A DNA stretch of 64,000 bases, from positions 1,792,001 through 1,856,000 of the forward strand of contig CAWGMQ010000010.1 in assembly GCA_963823665.1 (NCBI GenBank), in the 5' to 3' direction. The notes beneath the pieces are model-generated. The model was given only the letters and a program-made list of their open reading frames with translations. It was not told the DNA's origin and made no database searches. The DNA comes from an uncultured Planctomycetota bacterium. GTDB lineage: Bacteria; Planctomycetota; Planctomycetia; Isosphaerales; Isosphaeraceae. How positions within the stretch are numbered: position 1 is the stretch's first letter; the number at the start of each line of letters is the position of its first letter. Below are positions 34,522 through 45,746 of this stretch, piece by piece. Both the position numbers and the translations under genes were made by a program.

Positions 34522-35508
34522 GTGCCCCGCGCCGCGCGGATCGCGAGCGAGGTGGCGAAATACGACGACCATGCGGAAATCGGCCACTGGGACGGACCCC
34601 GCTACCGGATGACTTACCGCAGCACCGGTGCGGGCCCTCCGCTGCTCGTCGTTCCGGGAATCGCTTCGACATATCAAATTTATGCAATCTTCTTGAATCA
34701 GCTCGCTGAACGCTTCCGGACCATCATCTATGATTATCCGGGCGAGCATCCAGGCGACGGCGCGAGGCTCAGCAGGATCTCGCACGAGAACCTGGTCGAC
34801 GACCTCCTGGGATTGATCGATCACCTGAATATCGGCCCGGTCTTTGTGGCTGGGCTGTCGTTCGGCTCGACTGTCGCGCTCAAGGCGCTTTTTCGGGAGC
34901 CCGGGCGGTTTCCGCGGGCCGCCCTGCAAGGTGCGTTCGCGTTTCGCCGTTTCTCGGCGGCCGAGCGGATTGCACTCATGTTAGGCCGTTTGGTTCCGGG
35001 CACGGTGAAGCGGCTGCCCTTTCACCAGAGTGTGCTCTCTTACAATTCCAAGCCTGAGTTCCCGGCGATTCTCGCGGACCGCTGGCCATTCTACCTCGAG
35101 CAGAACGGGGCGACGCCGATCCGCGCACTGGCGCATCGAGTGACGCTGCTCACCACACTCGACCTCCGGGCGATCCTGCCGGAGATCCGGACCGAGACGC
35201 TCTTGATCCACGGCCGCGAAGATCGAATTGTCCCTCTGTGCGACTATGACTTGCTCGCCTCTTCGCTGCCGAAGGCACACGGAATGATCGTGCCGACAGC
35301 CGGGCATATGCTTCATCTCACGCACGCGGAGCTCGAGGCGAAGATCATCGGCGACTGGTTGCTACCCTGCGCTTCGGAAGGTTGTCCGGAGGAGCATGAA
35401 GGAACAGCCGGCGGCGGATGCCCACTGCTCGCCTCCGGGGAATGCGAGGGCCGGCCGGGCTGCTTTGGTGACGCTCCCGCGCGGGTCAGTAGTAGCAGTT
35501 TCGGTTGA
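34522..35508 (+). CDS. Alpha/beta fold hydrolase (start uncertain)
   Basis: GPPLLVVPG, YDYPG, nucleophile GLSFG, LIHGREDRIVP, AGHMLH. Confidence 0.85.
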   Translation: MPRAARIASEVAKYDDHAEIGHWDGPRYRMTYRSTGAGPPLLVVPGIASTYQIYAIFLNQLAERFRTIIYDYPGEHPGDGARLSRISHENLVDDLLGLIDHLNIGPVFVAGLSFGSTVALKALFREPGRFPRAALQGAFAFRRFSAAERIALMLGRLVPGTVKRLPFHQSVLSYNSKPEFPAILADRWPFYLEQNGATPIRALAHRVTLLTTLDLRAILPEIRTETLLIHGREDRIVPLCDYDLLASSLPKAHGMIVPTAGHMLHLTHAELEAKIIGDWLLPCASEGCPEEHEGTAGGGCPLLASGECEGRPGCFGDAPARVSSSSFG

Positions 35509-35873
35509 CCCACGTCGAGCGAAAGCACGTGTATGGTCCGCCGTCGCTGCTGTACCATGCGACGAACCGGCCGTCGAATGTGTCGAAGATCAGGGTGCGA
35601 ATCGAACGGGCAGGGGGCGTCGGGCGAATATGGTGCGCCGTTTCGTCCGGTAGGTCTTCCTCGAAGATGCGCGGGCTGCCCGATCCGCGCGATCATCTGA
35701 GGCTGAGTCCAGCCGATCATCCCGCCGACACGATGCCACGGGACGTTCGCGTCTCGATGCCGTGCCCACCAGGAACAGACAACAGCAGTCACGGCAACAA
35801 GCCCGATCGCTACGGAAAGCCGCATCCGCCGCGGCAGCCGGTGTATCATGCGCTCAAGGATCGGAATCTTCAT
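35486..35873 (-). CDS. Small membrane-anchored hypothetical protein; frameshift at ~35670
   Basis: Hydrophobic LSVAIGLVAVTAVVCSWW. The shifted frame reads IFEEDLPD...CFRSTWVNRNCYY*. Confidence 0.45.
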
Positions 35874-35964
35874 GCCTGGGCTCGGGAATCAGAGCATGAA
35901 TCGGGCGTCTTCCCGTTATTCGGTCGAAAGGGCGAGTTATTGACTGGGACGGAAGTCACTCGTT

Positions 35965-35990
35965 GTAGCAGGCACACTCCGTGTGCCGTC
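35965..35990 (+). repeat. REP-like palindrome GTAG-CA-GGCACAC-TCC-GTGTGCC
   Basis: GTAG tetranucleotide plus hairpin. 24 nt identical to the reverse complement of 49541-49564. Confidence 0.7.
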
Positions 35991-36430
35991 CGCCGAGAAC
36001 AGCGTTTGAACACACTACCCTCCCGCGCCCTCCCACCGAAGCCGTCGGAACACCACCGGCTTCCCAGCAGGGCTCGTCCCTTTGAGAATGAACCAGTCGA
36101 CGTTCTCCCAGTCCGGAAGGATCTTGCCGTCCTGAGCGTGGAATTGCGCGCTTCAAGAGAAGCGTGCCGCAGGGCTCGCGCTGCGCTCCTTCTCCCCGTC
36201 GGATGGTGCTGAGAAGCGATATTCCTGGCCGTACCGGCCAGGCGGCCGATGTCTCAGAATGATCGTCGATGTCTCGGGCGTGCGGTCGTTGTGCATGTCG
36301 ATCGCGAGGACTTCATTCGCGCGACCGCGATATTGCGGGTCGCCGATTTTGCGAGTGGAGAGAACCCTTGACTCACCTCCGCATCAGCCTGGCGCAGTCG
36401 ATGGCTGCCGTGGTCTCCATCGGGTTCATC

Positions 36431-37741
36431 TCAACCAGCGAGCGCGTCAAGGCAGCGTCCCTCTCGGAAGATCGGAATCGGTCGCCCCGCCGACGAAGTG
36501 ACTTCGTGCCTGGGGCCGAAGCCCAGTCGCTGGAAGATCGTGGCCGCGAGGTCATCGGGGGAACACGCGTCGCGTAACGTCGCAATTCCGCGCGCATCGG
36601 TCGACCCGTAGACTGCCCCGCCCGGAAAACCGCCGCCGGCCAAAAGCACCGCCATCGTCTGGGCCCAGTGGTCGCGCCCCGCCGCGGCGTTGACCCGCGG
36701 AGTCCGCCCAAACTCACCGGCACACACGACGATGGTTTCTTCGAGCATCCCCCTCCGATGAAGGTCCCACACCAGCGCCGAGATTGCCCTGTCCAGCGGG
36801 GGCAGTAAGCGAGTTCGGAGTGTTCCGAAGTTATTGCCATGCGTGTCCCAACCGCCGTAGCCCAGGGTCACGAACCTGGCCCCGGCCTCGATGAGCCGTC
36901 GCGCGGCCAGCACGCCCTGGCCCAGCGGCGTCCGGCCATACTCGTCGCGCAGCGAATCCGGCTCCCGCGACAGGTCGAGCGCGTCGCGAACGCGGTCGGA
37001 ATGCAGGATCTCCACAGCCTGGCGATGGAAACCGTCAAGGCCCGCCGATTGCTCGGACTTTTCGAGCGCCTGCAAACCGCGGTCGAACCGATCGCGGAGC
37101 ACCTCACGGGAATCGAGATCGCGCAGCGAGAACCCCTCGGGCAGCGACACGCCGTGCGACTGGAGCGTGCCACGCACCGGGTCGCCTTCGATGTCGAACG
37201 GGCCGAACGCCGGCCCGAGGTAGCCCGGGCCCGTGACGCCGTCCTTGAGCGCCGCGAATGTCACATACGGGGGCACGCCCCGGCGCGACGGCAGCAGATT
37301 CGCGGCGAGCGCACCCGCCGAAGGGTATTCGAGCGCCGGCCCCGGCCGGTTTCCGGTGGCCATATACGTCGTTCCCGGACCGTGGGCGCTGATCGTGTGA
37401 CCGAGCGATCGAATGAGTGCGCACCGGTCCATGACCTTCGCGAGCCCTGGCATGTGCTCCGAAATAACGATGCCCGGCGCCATTGTAGAAATCGGGCGAA
37501 ACTCGCCGCGGATCTCCTCGGGAGCGTCCGGCTTCATGTCCCACATATCGATCGTCGCCGGCCCGCCCGCGAGCCAGATCTGGATCACGCCGGTGGCAGG
37601 CTTCTTGACGCCCGGAGATCCTCCGGCTTCAGCCTGTGCCCGGAGCGCATCGGCGAGTGAAAACCCGAGCAGCCCCGCCGCGCCCAGGCGAAGGACGTCG
37701 CGGCGGTGAAACCCCTCGCAGTCGGTCCGCGGTCGAGACAT
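36431..37741 (-). CDS. DUF1501 domain protein
   Basis: CEGFHRRDVLRLG, IWLAGGPATIDMWDMKPDAPEEIRGEF, LAARRLIEAGARFV, GWDTH, GEFGRTPRVN, GRDHW. Confidence 0.92.
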   Translation of the reverse strand: MSRPRTDCEGFHRRDVLRLGAAGLLGFSLADALRAQAEAGGSPGVKKPATGVIQIWLAGGPATIDMWDMKPDAPEEIRGEFRPISTMAPGIVISEHMPGLAKVMDRCALIRSLGHTISAHGPGTTYMATGNRPGPALEYPSAGALAANLLPSRRGVPPYVTFAALKDGVTGPGYLGPAFGPFDIEGDPVRGTLQSHGVSLPEGFSLRDLDSREVLRDRFDRGLQALEKSEQSAGLDGFHRQAVEILHSDRVRDALDLSREPDSLRDEYGRTPLGQGVLAARRLIEAGARFVTLGYGGWDTHGNNFGTLRTRLLPPLDRAISALVWDLHRRGMLEETIVVCAGEFGRTPRVNAAAGRDHWAQTMAVLLAGGGFPGGAVYGSTDARGIATLRDACSPDDLAATIFQRLGFGPRHEVTSSAGRPIPIFREGRCLDALAG

Positions 37742-37771
37742 TGCTAGAGCTCCCACAGTTTCACGGTCGGT

Positions 37772-40183
37772 TCAATGGTTCAGCACAAACTCACGCGTAT
37801 TGATGAGCGCCCACAGCACGTCGGCAAGTGCAGAGGCCCTGTCGTGGGTTATGCGCATGTGGTCCAGGGCAAATCGTATCTCGTCCCGGGACGGGAAGCG
37901 GGAGAGAGCGGCGAGGAAGAGTTCCTCGATGGCCTGGTCGTCACAGCGGTCGGACTGCACAAGCGTCTGCACTCTGCCCGACTTCAGCCTGGCGATCAAG
38001 CCGTTGTCCGTCATCAGGAAGAGCGTCTGTGGCAATGCCGGAGCCTTGGGCCGCTCACATTCGCAGACTGACGTGCGCTCGGGTCTGCCCAGGATCCGGA
38101 AGACCCGCGCCAGCTCGGGTGAGGCAATCCGGTTGGTGGCGATCTCGATGGCCCTGGCTCCCTTGGGCGCATCACTCCCGAAGTCTCCTGGCACCCCAAG
38201 TGCGGAGTTGAGCGCATCGACGAGAACTTCGGCAATCATCGGTCTCGGCAGCGAGCGGGCGAAGCTGCCGCGGTCGTCGAGGTTTGGCTCGAGCGGTGCC
38301 GACGAGCGCTGATATGCCTCTGAGCTGAGCACGATCCGTTCGAGCCGGCGGATGTCATATCCACGCGCGATGAAATCGTCCGCGAGGGAATCAAGCAGAC
38401 GGGCATTCGACGGCGGGTTCGTGACCGAGAAGTTGTCGACCGGCTCGACGAGCCCGGCTCCGAAGTACACCGACCAGACCCGGTTGACGAAGCTGCGGGC
38501 GAAGTAGGGATTGTCGGGTTTTACCATCCAGGCGTAGAGCTGCGCACGAATGTCTGCGCCTGCGTCGCCGTCGTCGAGCTCCGGCCCGCCCAGAGCGCGC
38601 GGGGCGAGCGGCCGGCCGGTTTCGGGGTCGGTGAGGCGGCGGGGTGACTGCGCCTGGGCGTAAACCTCGCGGACGCGGGGTATCGGCGGCAGCGCTCCGT
38701 GTGGGTCGGCCTTGCGACGTGCGTCAAGAAGCGACGCGGTGGCGGCGAGCGCCTCGGGAGAGAGGCCGAACTGCACGTCGGCGACCGTGTTGGCAAAAGC
38801 CCGATAGTCTGCCTGGGTCCAACGGTCAAACGGATGCTTGTGACATTGGGCGCACTCAATGCGAACGCCAAGAAACGCGGTGGCGACACGCTCGGCCAGC
38901 GGCTCGACAGCGACGAATTCGCCGCCGGCGAGCCGCCGCCAGAACAGGTCAAGCCCCGATCGATCGGAGTAACCCGTGTCGCCGCCGGCTTTGAGCGCGA
39001 TCGAGCGCTCGACCTCGCGCCGTACCCATGTGCCGGCGTCGTCACCATCACGACTGCTGGCACAGAGAACGCCGCGCACGATCTGGTCATAAGGCGTGTT
39101 CACCAGGAACCGTTTGCGGAACCAGTCGAGCCAGAGCCGTGCCCGGCGCGATCGCAGGTCATCGGGCCCTTCCATGGCCGAGACGTCGCACCCGGTGATG
39201 TCAAGGTAGCGGGCGGCCCAGAGCGCAGCGTGCATGGGGTGTGCCAGCAGCCGGTCGATCGTCTCGGCACGCTTGTCGGACGACTGATCGGCCAGGAAGT
39301 CGCGGACCTCGCCCGGCGTCGGCAAAGCGCCGGTCACGTCGAGCGTCACGCGGCGCAGGAACTCGGCGTCACCGGAGCGGCCCGAAGGTGTGATACCCAG
39401 CGCCAGCAGCCTGGAGTAGACTTCGCGATCGACGAGCCCGTCGCCGGAGGTTTCGGGAATCGTCGCGGTGCGCCCCGTGGCGACGAGTACGCCGGCGGCG
39501 GCGACCAGACCGTTGTAGGCGGCAACGACCGCGGTGCCGCCGCTCCGGAGCCCGCGTACGGCTACCGAGCCCGCGATGTCGGCGATAGCCGTGTCGCGGA
39601 CACGAAGGTCGGCGAATGCCGTGACGTCAGCCTCGGAGCCATCGGTGAACCGCGCCATGACCGTCAGCCGGCCGATGGCGCCCGGCCGTTCGAGACGCGA
39701 CTCGGCGGGCCGGATCTCGATGGCGCGTGCTTTCGGGCGAGCCGGGTCGCGGTTGGCGCCGGCGGCGATCCAGGCGCGGATAATACGATATTCCCACGAC
39801 CCACGATCGAAACGCTGGCCGCCTGAGTGCGGAACTTCTCCCGTGGCCTTGAGCAAGACCAGGCTACGATCGGGCTCGAGCACGTTCACGCGGCGTCCCT
39901 GCGCCCGCGCACGATTGCCTCGAAGTCGTGCGCGGGATCATGGCCGAAGAGGCTCAGGTTAAGCCCGCCTCGCCCCTGAAACGATCCGTGGCACGAGCCG
40001 GCGCTGCCAGCCGAGCCGTCCCAGCAAGCTCGCCACATGACGGTCGAAATCGACCGATGGAAGCAAATCCGTTTTCGATTGCGGCGGATCGGCCTCGCCG
40101 GCCCGCGTGTGCCGGGCCGGGAGCGACGCGATGAGAGCGACAACCAGAACGATCGTCCGCACGGAGCTGCTCCTGGAGGTCAC
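37772..40183 (-). CDS. DUF1549/DUF1553 (PSCyt2/PSD1) protein; frameshifts at ~39900-40010
   Basis: AGSCHGSFQGRGGLNLSLFG, EFLRRVTLDVTGALPT, CAQCHKHPFDRW, NPYFARSFVNRVW, WALINTREFVLNH. Confidence 0.88.
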
Positions 40184-42948
40184 TTGCTGGGTTCGAGCAC
40201 CAAGGTGATCTCCTCGGATTTTCCTTCCGGAAGTGTGACCTTGCGACTTCCGGTCGTGAATCCTTCGGCCGTCGCTGTGACTTCCACTTCGCGATCGGGG
40301 AGCAGGCTCGTCGTGCGGTAACGGCCGTCGCCTTGCTCATCCTTGATCGCTTCCGGAGTGTCCGGCCCGCCGGCGAGATGCACCTGCGTCTCGCCCCCCG
40401 CGTCAAACTGCGTGTATTTCGCCGTGGCCTTGAAGCCCTTGATCTGCTTGCCGTCCTTGCTGGTGGCGTTGATCAAGATGATCGGCGCGTCATATCGAAC
40501 AATTTCGAGCCCTTTGACGTCATGGTCGAGCGTGTCGAGCTTGACGCGCCTGCCGGCGGTGAGAGATCCGTCCTTACCGATCCGGTGCCGCGCCGAGGCG
40601 TGTTCGTTCGTGCTGATGTCGAGCTCGACCTGTTCAAGCCCGTGCGGGACTTTCAGGGAAAAGCTGCCCTGCGCATCGGGCTCGGTCATGTCGTGCCAGA
40701 ATCCCCCGTCAAACCGGCCGAATACCGAGCTTTGCCAGCCCGATTTGGGCTGCCCCTTGCTGTCGACCCACCGGCCTTCGATCACCACGAATGGCGAGGC
40801 GCGGACCTCGAGCGGCGGGGGAGTTACTCCTTCGTTGATGGTGAGTTTCTTGGGTGTGAACACCGCCGGCAGCTCGCGGCGATCACGACCGGACGAACGG
40901 TCTGCCCGGCTGTCGAACGTGGTGGGCATGACGCGGTACGTTCCCGGGGGAAGGGGGTCGAAAACGAACCGGCCGCTGTCGTCGGTCTCGGCCGTACGTT
41001 TGATCGCGTCGGCGACCATCATCCGGCTGAGGGCTTCGTCGTCCGGCCCGCTGCCGCGCTCGCGTCGGGCCTCGATCAAGAGTTTTGCGATCGGTTTACC
41101 TTGAACGTCAAGGGCAACGCCGTCCACAGCCACGCCGCGTTTCACGGTGATCGTCCCGAGATCGCCGCGCTTGCCTTCGGCCAGCACGTGCAATTCGGGA
41201 GCGAAATCCTTCGGCAAGATCCAGTAGACGCCCTGGCCAGGCGTGGTGATGGGCAAACGGAATTTCCCTTCCGGGTCCGTCTTCGTTCTCGCGAACGAGC
41301 CGTATTCGAACTGCCCCTTGGAAACCTTGTCGGTCCTCGAGTACGCCAGCAATTCGACTCCCACCGCCGGCGCACCTTCGGGTGTCTCGATACGGCCTGT
41401 GATCGGCTGCGCGGGCCGAAGCTCGACAGTCTCGAAGAACGGGCGCTCGCCCAGACGTTCGTTCTTCCGGATCATGGAGAGGGCATAGCCGAACCGCGCT
41501 CGCGTCGCAAAGTCGGGGTGCTCGACGTCAAGCTCGATGTAAAGAAAGCGCTCCGAGGCCTGTTCTGGCGGAATCACAAAGGCATACGTGCCGTCGGCAG
41601 CGGTGGTGTGGCGGCTCTCTTCCAGTACTTTGTTCTCACCGGAGTGGAGCAGCGATCGGCGCACGACGACCGTGGCCGCCGCGATCGGCTTGCCGGTCTC
41701 CTTGCTCTTGACCAGTCCCTTGTAGTGCAAAGTCTCTCCCTTGGTCTTCGAGTCGCCGGGCGGCTTTGCGGGATCTTGGGCGGGCTTGGGCTCCTTCGCC
41801 GCAGGCTTGTCGTCGGGCGGCGGGGCCGCGTCCAGACGAAGACCTGACGCGGCAACCACGACGGCGACCGCGATCACGGCGGCGGTGATGCTCCAGGCCA
41901 TACGGCAGCGTTCCTCGAGCGGTTTGCGGTCCTGAACGAGCATGGTGACTCTCCTGTACAGGTTCGAGCGACGGTCGCCGATCCCCAGCGCCGGCAAGCT
42001 TGGGCCGAAGCGGTGGATTCGCGCGAGGCCGACGAGATAAGCCGCGTAATCTTCGGCCGAACCCAGCGCGGCGGCACGGGCGTCGGCGAGGTAATCCTGA
42101 CACAGGCGGAGCTGTCTCCGCAGCCACCAGAAAAGGGGCTGATAAAAGAGGATGGAAACTGCCAAAGATGTAAAACTCCACGCCCAGGAGTCGCGCCTCT
42201 CGACGTGCGACCATTCATGGGCCAGGACATATCGCAGGGCGTCACGTTCAGCCGAATCAGTAAGACTCGTTGGAACCAGGATCACCGGACAAGCAAGAGT
42301 GTAAGTGAACGGCAGGGCGATGTCGTTGCTTTCAAGGAGCCGGACCCGCTCGCCCGCAGGGCCGGCGATGGCCAGAAACACGTCACGCACCGCAGCCGGC
42401 ACCGGGCGCGCCGCGCGGGTGACCCGCCACAACAACACTTGCCCGAACAACCACCACGCCGCGAGCGCGGTCATGGCCCCCGCGTATGACGCCAGCACGA
42501 GCGTGCGCGAAGCTGGGATCGACCAGTGCGAGCCGTGGACGGCAGTGGAAGACGCCGGCGGGATCACGGCAGGCGTGGTCTTGGTCCACGGCACTCGCGT
42601 GTCGGAGGAGAGCTTCGTGGGCTCAAGCGTCTGAATCGTCCCTGCCCCGATTTCTGATTGGTGGACCGGAAGTTCGGCAGTGACTGCATGTTCCGTGCCG
42701 CTGGCCCGCAGTGGTGCCGGCGCCGGCAGAATGCCAGTCGACCAGCGAGGCACGACCGGCACGAGGGCTAGCCAGGGGACAGCCAGCGCCCCGAAAAGCG
42801 TCAGAACGATGAGCCGTGCGCGGCGCACAGGCTGCCGGCAAAGCCGGGCTGCGAGGCTACCCACGGCCAGGATGATCAGACTGCCAGCGGCTGCGCTCGC
42901 CAGCCAGCCCAGGTCGAGCATTTGTAATCCCATTGCTGTTACCCTCAC
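40180..42948 (-). CDS. BlaR1-like M56 metallopeptidase with extracytoplasmic carboxypeptidase-regulatory-like domains
   Basis: TM helices, VLAHEWSHVERRD, QPLFWWLRRQLRLCQDYLAD, NLYRRVTML. Repeated GxVxDxxGKP..TDxxGRF. Confidence 0.88.
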   Translation of the reverse strand: MRVTAMGLQMLDLGWLASAAAGSLIILAVGSLAARLCRQPVRRARLIVLTLFGALAVPWLALVPVVPRWSTGILPAPAPLRASGTEHAVTAELPVHQSEIGAGTIQTLEPTKLSSDTRVPWTKTTPAVIPPASSTAVHGSHWSIPASRTLVLASYAGAMTALAAWWLFGQVLLWRVTRAARPVPAAVRDVFLAIAGPAGERVRLLESNDIALPFTYTLACPVILVPTSLTDSAERDALRYVLAHEWSHVERRDSWAWSFTSLAVSILFYQPLFWWLRRQLRLCQDYLADARAAALGSAEDYAAYLVGLARIHRFGPSLPALGIGDRRSNLYRRVTMLVQDRKPLEERCRMAWSITAAVIAVAVVVAASGLRLDAAPPPDDKPAAKEPKPAQDPAKPPGDSKTKGETLHYKGLVKSKETGKPIAAATVVVRRSLLHSGENKVLEESRHTTAADGTYAFVIPPEQASERFLYIELDVEHPDFATRARFGYALSMIRKNERLGERPFFETVELRPAQPITGRIETPEGAPAVGVELLAYSRTDKVSKGQFEYGSFARTKTDPEGKFRLPITTPGQGVYWILPKDFAPELHVLAEGKRGDLGTITVKRGVAVDGVALDVQGKPIAKLLIEARRERGSGPDDEALSRMMVADAIKRTAETDDSGRFVFDPLPPGTYRVMPTTFDSRADRSSGRDRRELPAVFTPKKLTINEGVTPPPLEVRASPFVVIEGRWVDSKGQPKSGWQSSVFGRFDGGFWHDMTEPDAQGSFSLKVPHGLEQVELDISTNEHASARHRIGKDGSLTAGRRVKLDTLDHDVKGLEIVRYDAPIILINATSKDGKQIKGFKATAKYTQFDAGGETQVHLAGGPDTPEAIKDEQGDGRYRTTSLLPDREVEVTATAEGFTTGSRKVTLPEGKSEEITLVLEPSK

Positions 42949-43332
42949 TTCTTCGCATCACCTTTTGACGCTTTCCGCTTGCGGGCCGTGGCAATCAGCC
43001 GCTCGAGCGTCCGGAGCTCGTCTTCACTGACATCCTTCGCCTGCAACAGGCTGAGGACGACCTGGTCGAGCGCACCGTCGAAGACCTTGTGCAGCATGCG
43101 CGAAGTCACCCGGTCGCGCATAAGTCGGTTCGTAGACGAACGTCCGCCCCTGCGCCCGATGTCGCACCAGCCCCTTATCCTCCATGATCCGCAGCAGTGT
43201 TTGCACCGTGTTGAATGCCAGCTCGCCGTCCGGACACATTTGCTGATGGACTTCGCGCACGCTGCCGGAGCCCAATGCCCAGAGCGCCTTGAGTACGTCC
43301 AGCTCACGCGGGCTCGGTTCGTTCTCAGCCAA
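42945..43332 (-). CDS. BlaI/MecI/CopY family repressor; frameshift at ~43120
   Basis: PSPRELDVLKALW, SVREV, LAFNTVQTLLRIMEDKGLV, GRTFVY, then KVFDGALDQVVLSLL..ELRTLERLI. Confidence 0.88.
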
Positions 43333-43379
43333 TGCGACCTCCCCATCCGGACAGAACGGCCCGTCACCCAGGGCTTCGT

Positions 43380-43432
43380 CACCTAACTTAAGAAGTTAGG
43401 TGTAAACTAACGAGAGTGCATTGGGAAGTCAA
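43380..43432 (-). promoter_or_regulatory. sigma70 promoter (TTGACT-N17-TAGTTT) with palindromic operator CACCTAACTT-N3-AAGTTAGGTG
   Basis: -35 at 43432-43427, -10 at 43409-43404. Perfect 10-bp inverted repeat 43380-43402 over the predicted start site, upstream of the BlaI-family gene. Confidence 0.7.
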
Positions 43433-43439
43433 GCGTCGA

Positions 43440-45746
43440 TCACTCGAAAATGACCATGGCGTGCATGCCGAGGTTGTTCACGGTGACTTCGATTCGGTCG
43501 GCGGTACGCTTGATCGGAAGGTCGAGGCTGCCGGGCTCGAGCGTGGCCTTCTTGATGCCGGGAGCGCGGCAGGTCACACGGATTCCGGACAGCGGGATGA
43601 CCTCCTCGCGGATCGGCCAGGTTCCGCGCAGCTCGGATTGATTGGGAAAGCCCCACTGCTTGCTCAGCTCTTCCGGCAGCGGCGCAATCTTCTGATAAAT
43701 CGAATGCATGCCCCACGAGCTGCCCTGGTTGAGCAAGTGAACCACGATGCGGTTGGATTCCGGCTGGCGGCGAACCGTCGTGGTCAGGATCAGGGGGCCA
43801 TTCACCTCGACGAGCGGTTTCGCGTCGTGTGCGGCCCAGTAAGCCGCGTTTGCGAGCAATTGCCGCATGTACGCATCGGGATAAAAGAACATCCCCTTGT
43901 CAACCGACGCCGCGAAATAGACGACGCGCCCCTTGCCAAACTCGCCCGCGATGATCGCGGGATGGCGCTTGCCGGCCTCGTCGGCGGGGAGATTGACGTT
44001 GTAGCTTGCAAGCGCCAGGCCGCCGGAATGCGTCTTGACCTTGGTGGCGCTCGCGACCAGGGCGAGCGGTCCCGCGTGCGGTGGATTGCCGGGGTTGAGC
44101 CACGCCGTGGCTTGCTTGGCCTTGATCACGGGATCGTCGACGGACGCATCGATCGTGAGCGCGAGGCCCTCGATCCGCTGGCTGACGGTGTTGGTTCCCG
44201 CGTAGCTCGCGTAAAAGACGTCGCTCAGTGCGAAATCTGGCCGCTTTCGGAAGCTCTCGTCGTAAAGTGAGGTTTCGAACGTCGCGATCAGTCCGCCGCC
44301 GGCTCTGACGAACCGCCGCACGACTTCGGCTGCACGATCCGACATGCACGCGACATTCGGCAGCACCAGCACACGCACTCCGCGAAGGTTGCCATCTTCG
44401 AGGTCTTGTTCCGTCAAGATCCGCACCGAGAAGTGCTTTTCCATGAACGCGCGAAAGGCGCCCAGCGTGTGCGAAAAGTACATCGGCAAGGCGGCCTGAG
44501 CGTAGAGCGTCCGCGTTTGTTCGGAAGCAACGATGCCCAGGTAAGGAACCGCTTCGGACTTTTTGAGCCATTCCTCGCGTTCCTTGATGTTCGCGACGTG
44601 GAGCTTGTAATACTCTTCGCGGCCGGTGGACTCGACGAATTCCGGCGTGACGCCCCACGGCAGACATTCGAGGCCGCGAAGCTGGATTTCAACCGGCGAC
44701 GAGATGCCCGAGATGCCGTGCTCCGACGGTTGAATCCAGACCGAGGCTCCGCGCTCGCGCGAGATTCCCTGCATGAACGCAAAGACGAATTGCTGGTAGA
44801 GCGGGTCGCCGGGCACATCCCAGTAAAGCTCAACCGAAGGCATATCCACCGCACTGGCATAATGCAGCGGATACTCTCCCATGTACATATTGGGGTAATA
44901 CCACGTGCGGTTGGCGCTATGATTCACGAACAGAACCGCGTCGGGTGATTCCTTGCGGATGGCCGCGCGCATCCTGTCCGCGAACTTGACGAAAAAAGCT
45001 TCATGCCAGGCCATGTAGGTCCGGGCGAGGGGATTGTGGACGGTATCAAAGAACATGGGGGCGTCAGGGGCGGGGTTGAGTGGAAGCGGAATCTCCTTGC
45101 CTCCCGAGAATTCGCGGAAGGCACGTTTTGTGGCTTCGTCGTATGTGTGCAAGTGCAGCGGGGCGTAGCCGTCGAGCCAGTAGCCGTCGGCTTTGAAGGT
45201 TCGCGTCACGTACGCCAGTTGCTCGAGCAGCCAGTCGGCATAACCGCTTCGGATACTGGCGAAGTTAGGAACGGCGTCTGGCTTCCCGTCAGGGCGAATG
45301 CGTAGCCAGTCCGGGTGCGCTTTCACAAACTCAGGATTTCCGACGGGCACCTGCACGGGGCCGATGTAAAAGATGGCCTTGGCACCTGCGCGATGGCAGC
45401 GATCAACGTGGGTGCGCATGTATTCTTCGGCTTCTTTGACCCGTTCAGCCGGATAGAGCGAGGCCGAGGGCCCGACGATGTTCCACCGTCCCAGCGTGTT
45501 GAGCGTGACCACGTTGTATCCCGCGTTCACGAATGCCTCGGACATCGGCAGGCTGCCGGGCAGATGGCCGACGCGGAAGTGGGTGCGGACCCAGTCGGGG
45601 ACCTGGCGGGCGGTGACCGACTCGGGAACCGAGCGAGGGGGCAGGGCGGTTGTGTCGACGGCGGGGATTTCTTGAGCGTGGGTGACACGCAGGCAGATTA
45701 AGAAAAGGACGGCGGAAACCACTGTGCGTCGGTTCTGATTGTGCAT
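43440..45746 (-). CDS. Secreted glycoside hydrolase-like protein (TIM barrel plus beta-galactosidase trimerization-like domain)
   Basis: Signal peptide. HPDW, ADGYWLDG. VLVLPNVACMSD..VRRFVRAGGGLIATFETSLYDE, GKGRVVYF. Confidence 0.75.
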   Translation of the reverse strand: MHNQNRRTVVSAVLFLICLRVTHAQEIPAVDTTALPPRSVPESVTARQVPDWVRTHFRVGHLPGSLPMSEAFVNAGYNVVTLNTLGRWNIVGPSASLYPAERVKEAEEYMRTHVDRCHRAGAKAIFYIGPVQVPVGNPEFVKAHPDWLRIRPDGKPDAVPNFASIRSGYADWLLEQLAYVTRTFKADGYWLDGYAPLHLHTYDEATKRAFREFSGGKEIPLPLNPAPDAPMFFDTVHNPLARTYMAWHEAFFVKFADRMRAAIRKESPDAVLFVNHSANRTWYYPNMYMGEYPLHYASAVDMPSVELYWDVPGDPLYQQFVFAFMQGISRERGASVWIQPSEHGISGISSPVEIQLRGLECLPWGVTPEFVESTGREEYYKLHVANIKEREEWLKKSEAVPYLGIVASEQTRTLYAQAALPMYFSHTLGAFRAFMEKHFSVRILTEQDLEDGNLRGVRVLVLPNVACMSDRAAEVVRRFVRAGGGLIATFETSLYDESFRKRPDFALSDVFYASYAGTNTVSQRIEGLALTIDASVDDPVIKAKQATAWLNPGNPPHAGPLALVASATKVKTHSGGLALASYNVNLPADEAGKRHPAIIAGEFGKGRVVYFAASVDKGMFFYPDAYMRQLLANAAYWAAHDAKPLVEVNGPLILTTTVRRQPESNRIVVHLLNQGSSWGMHSIYQKIAPLPEELSKQWGFPNQSELRGTWPIREEVIPLSGIRVTCRAPGIKKATLEPGSLDLPIKRTADRIEVTVNNLGMHAMVIFE

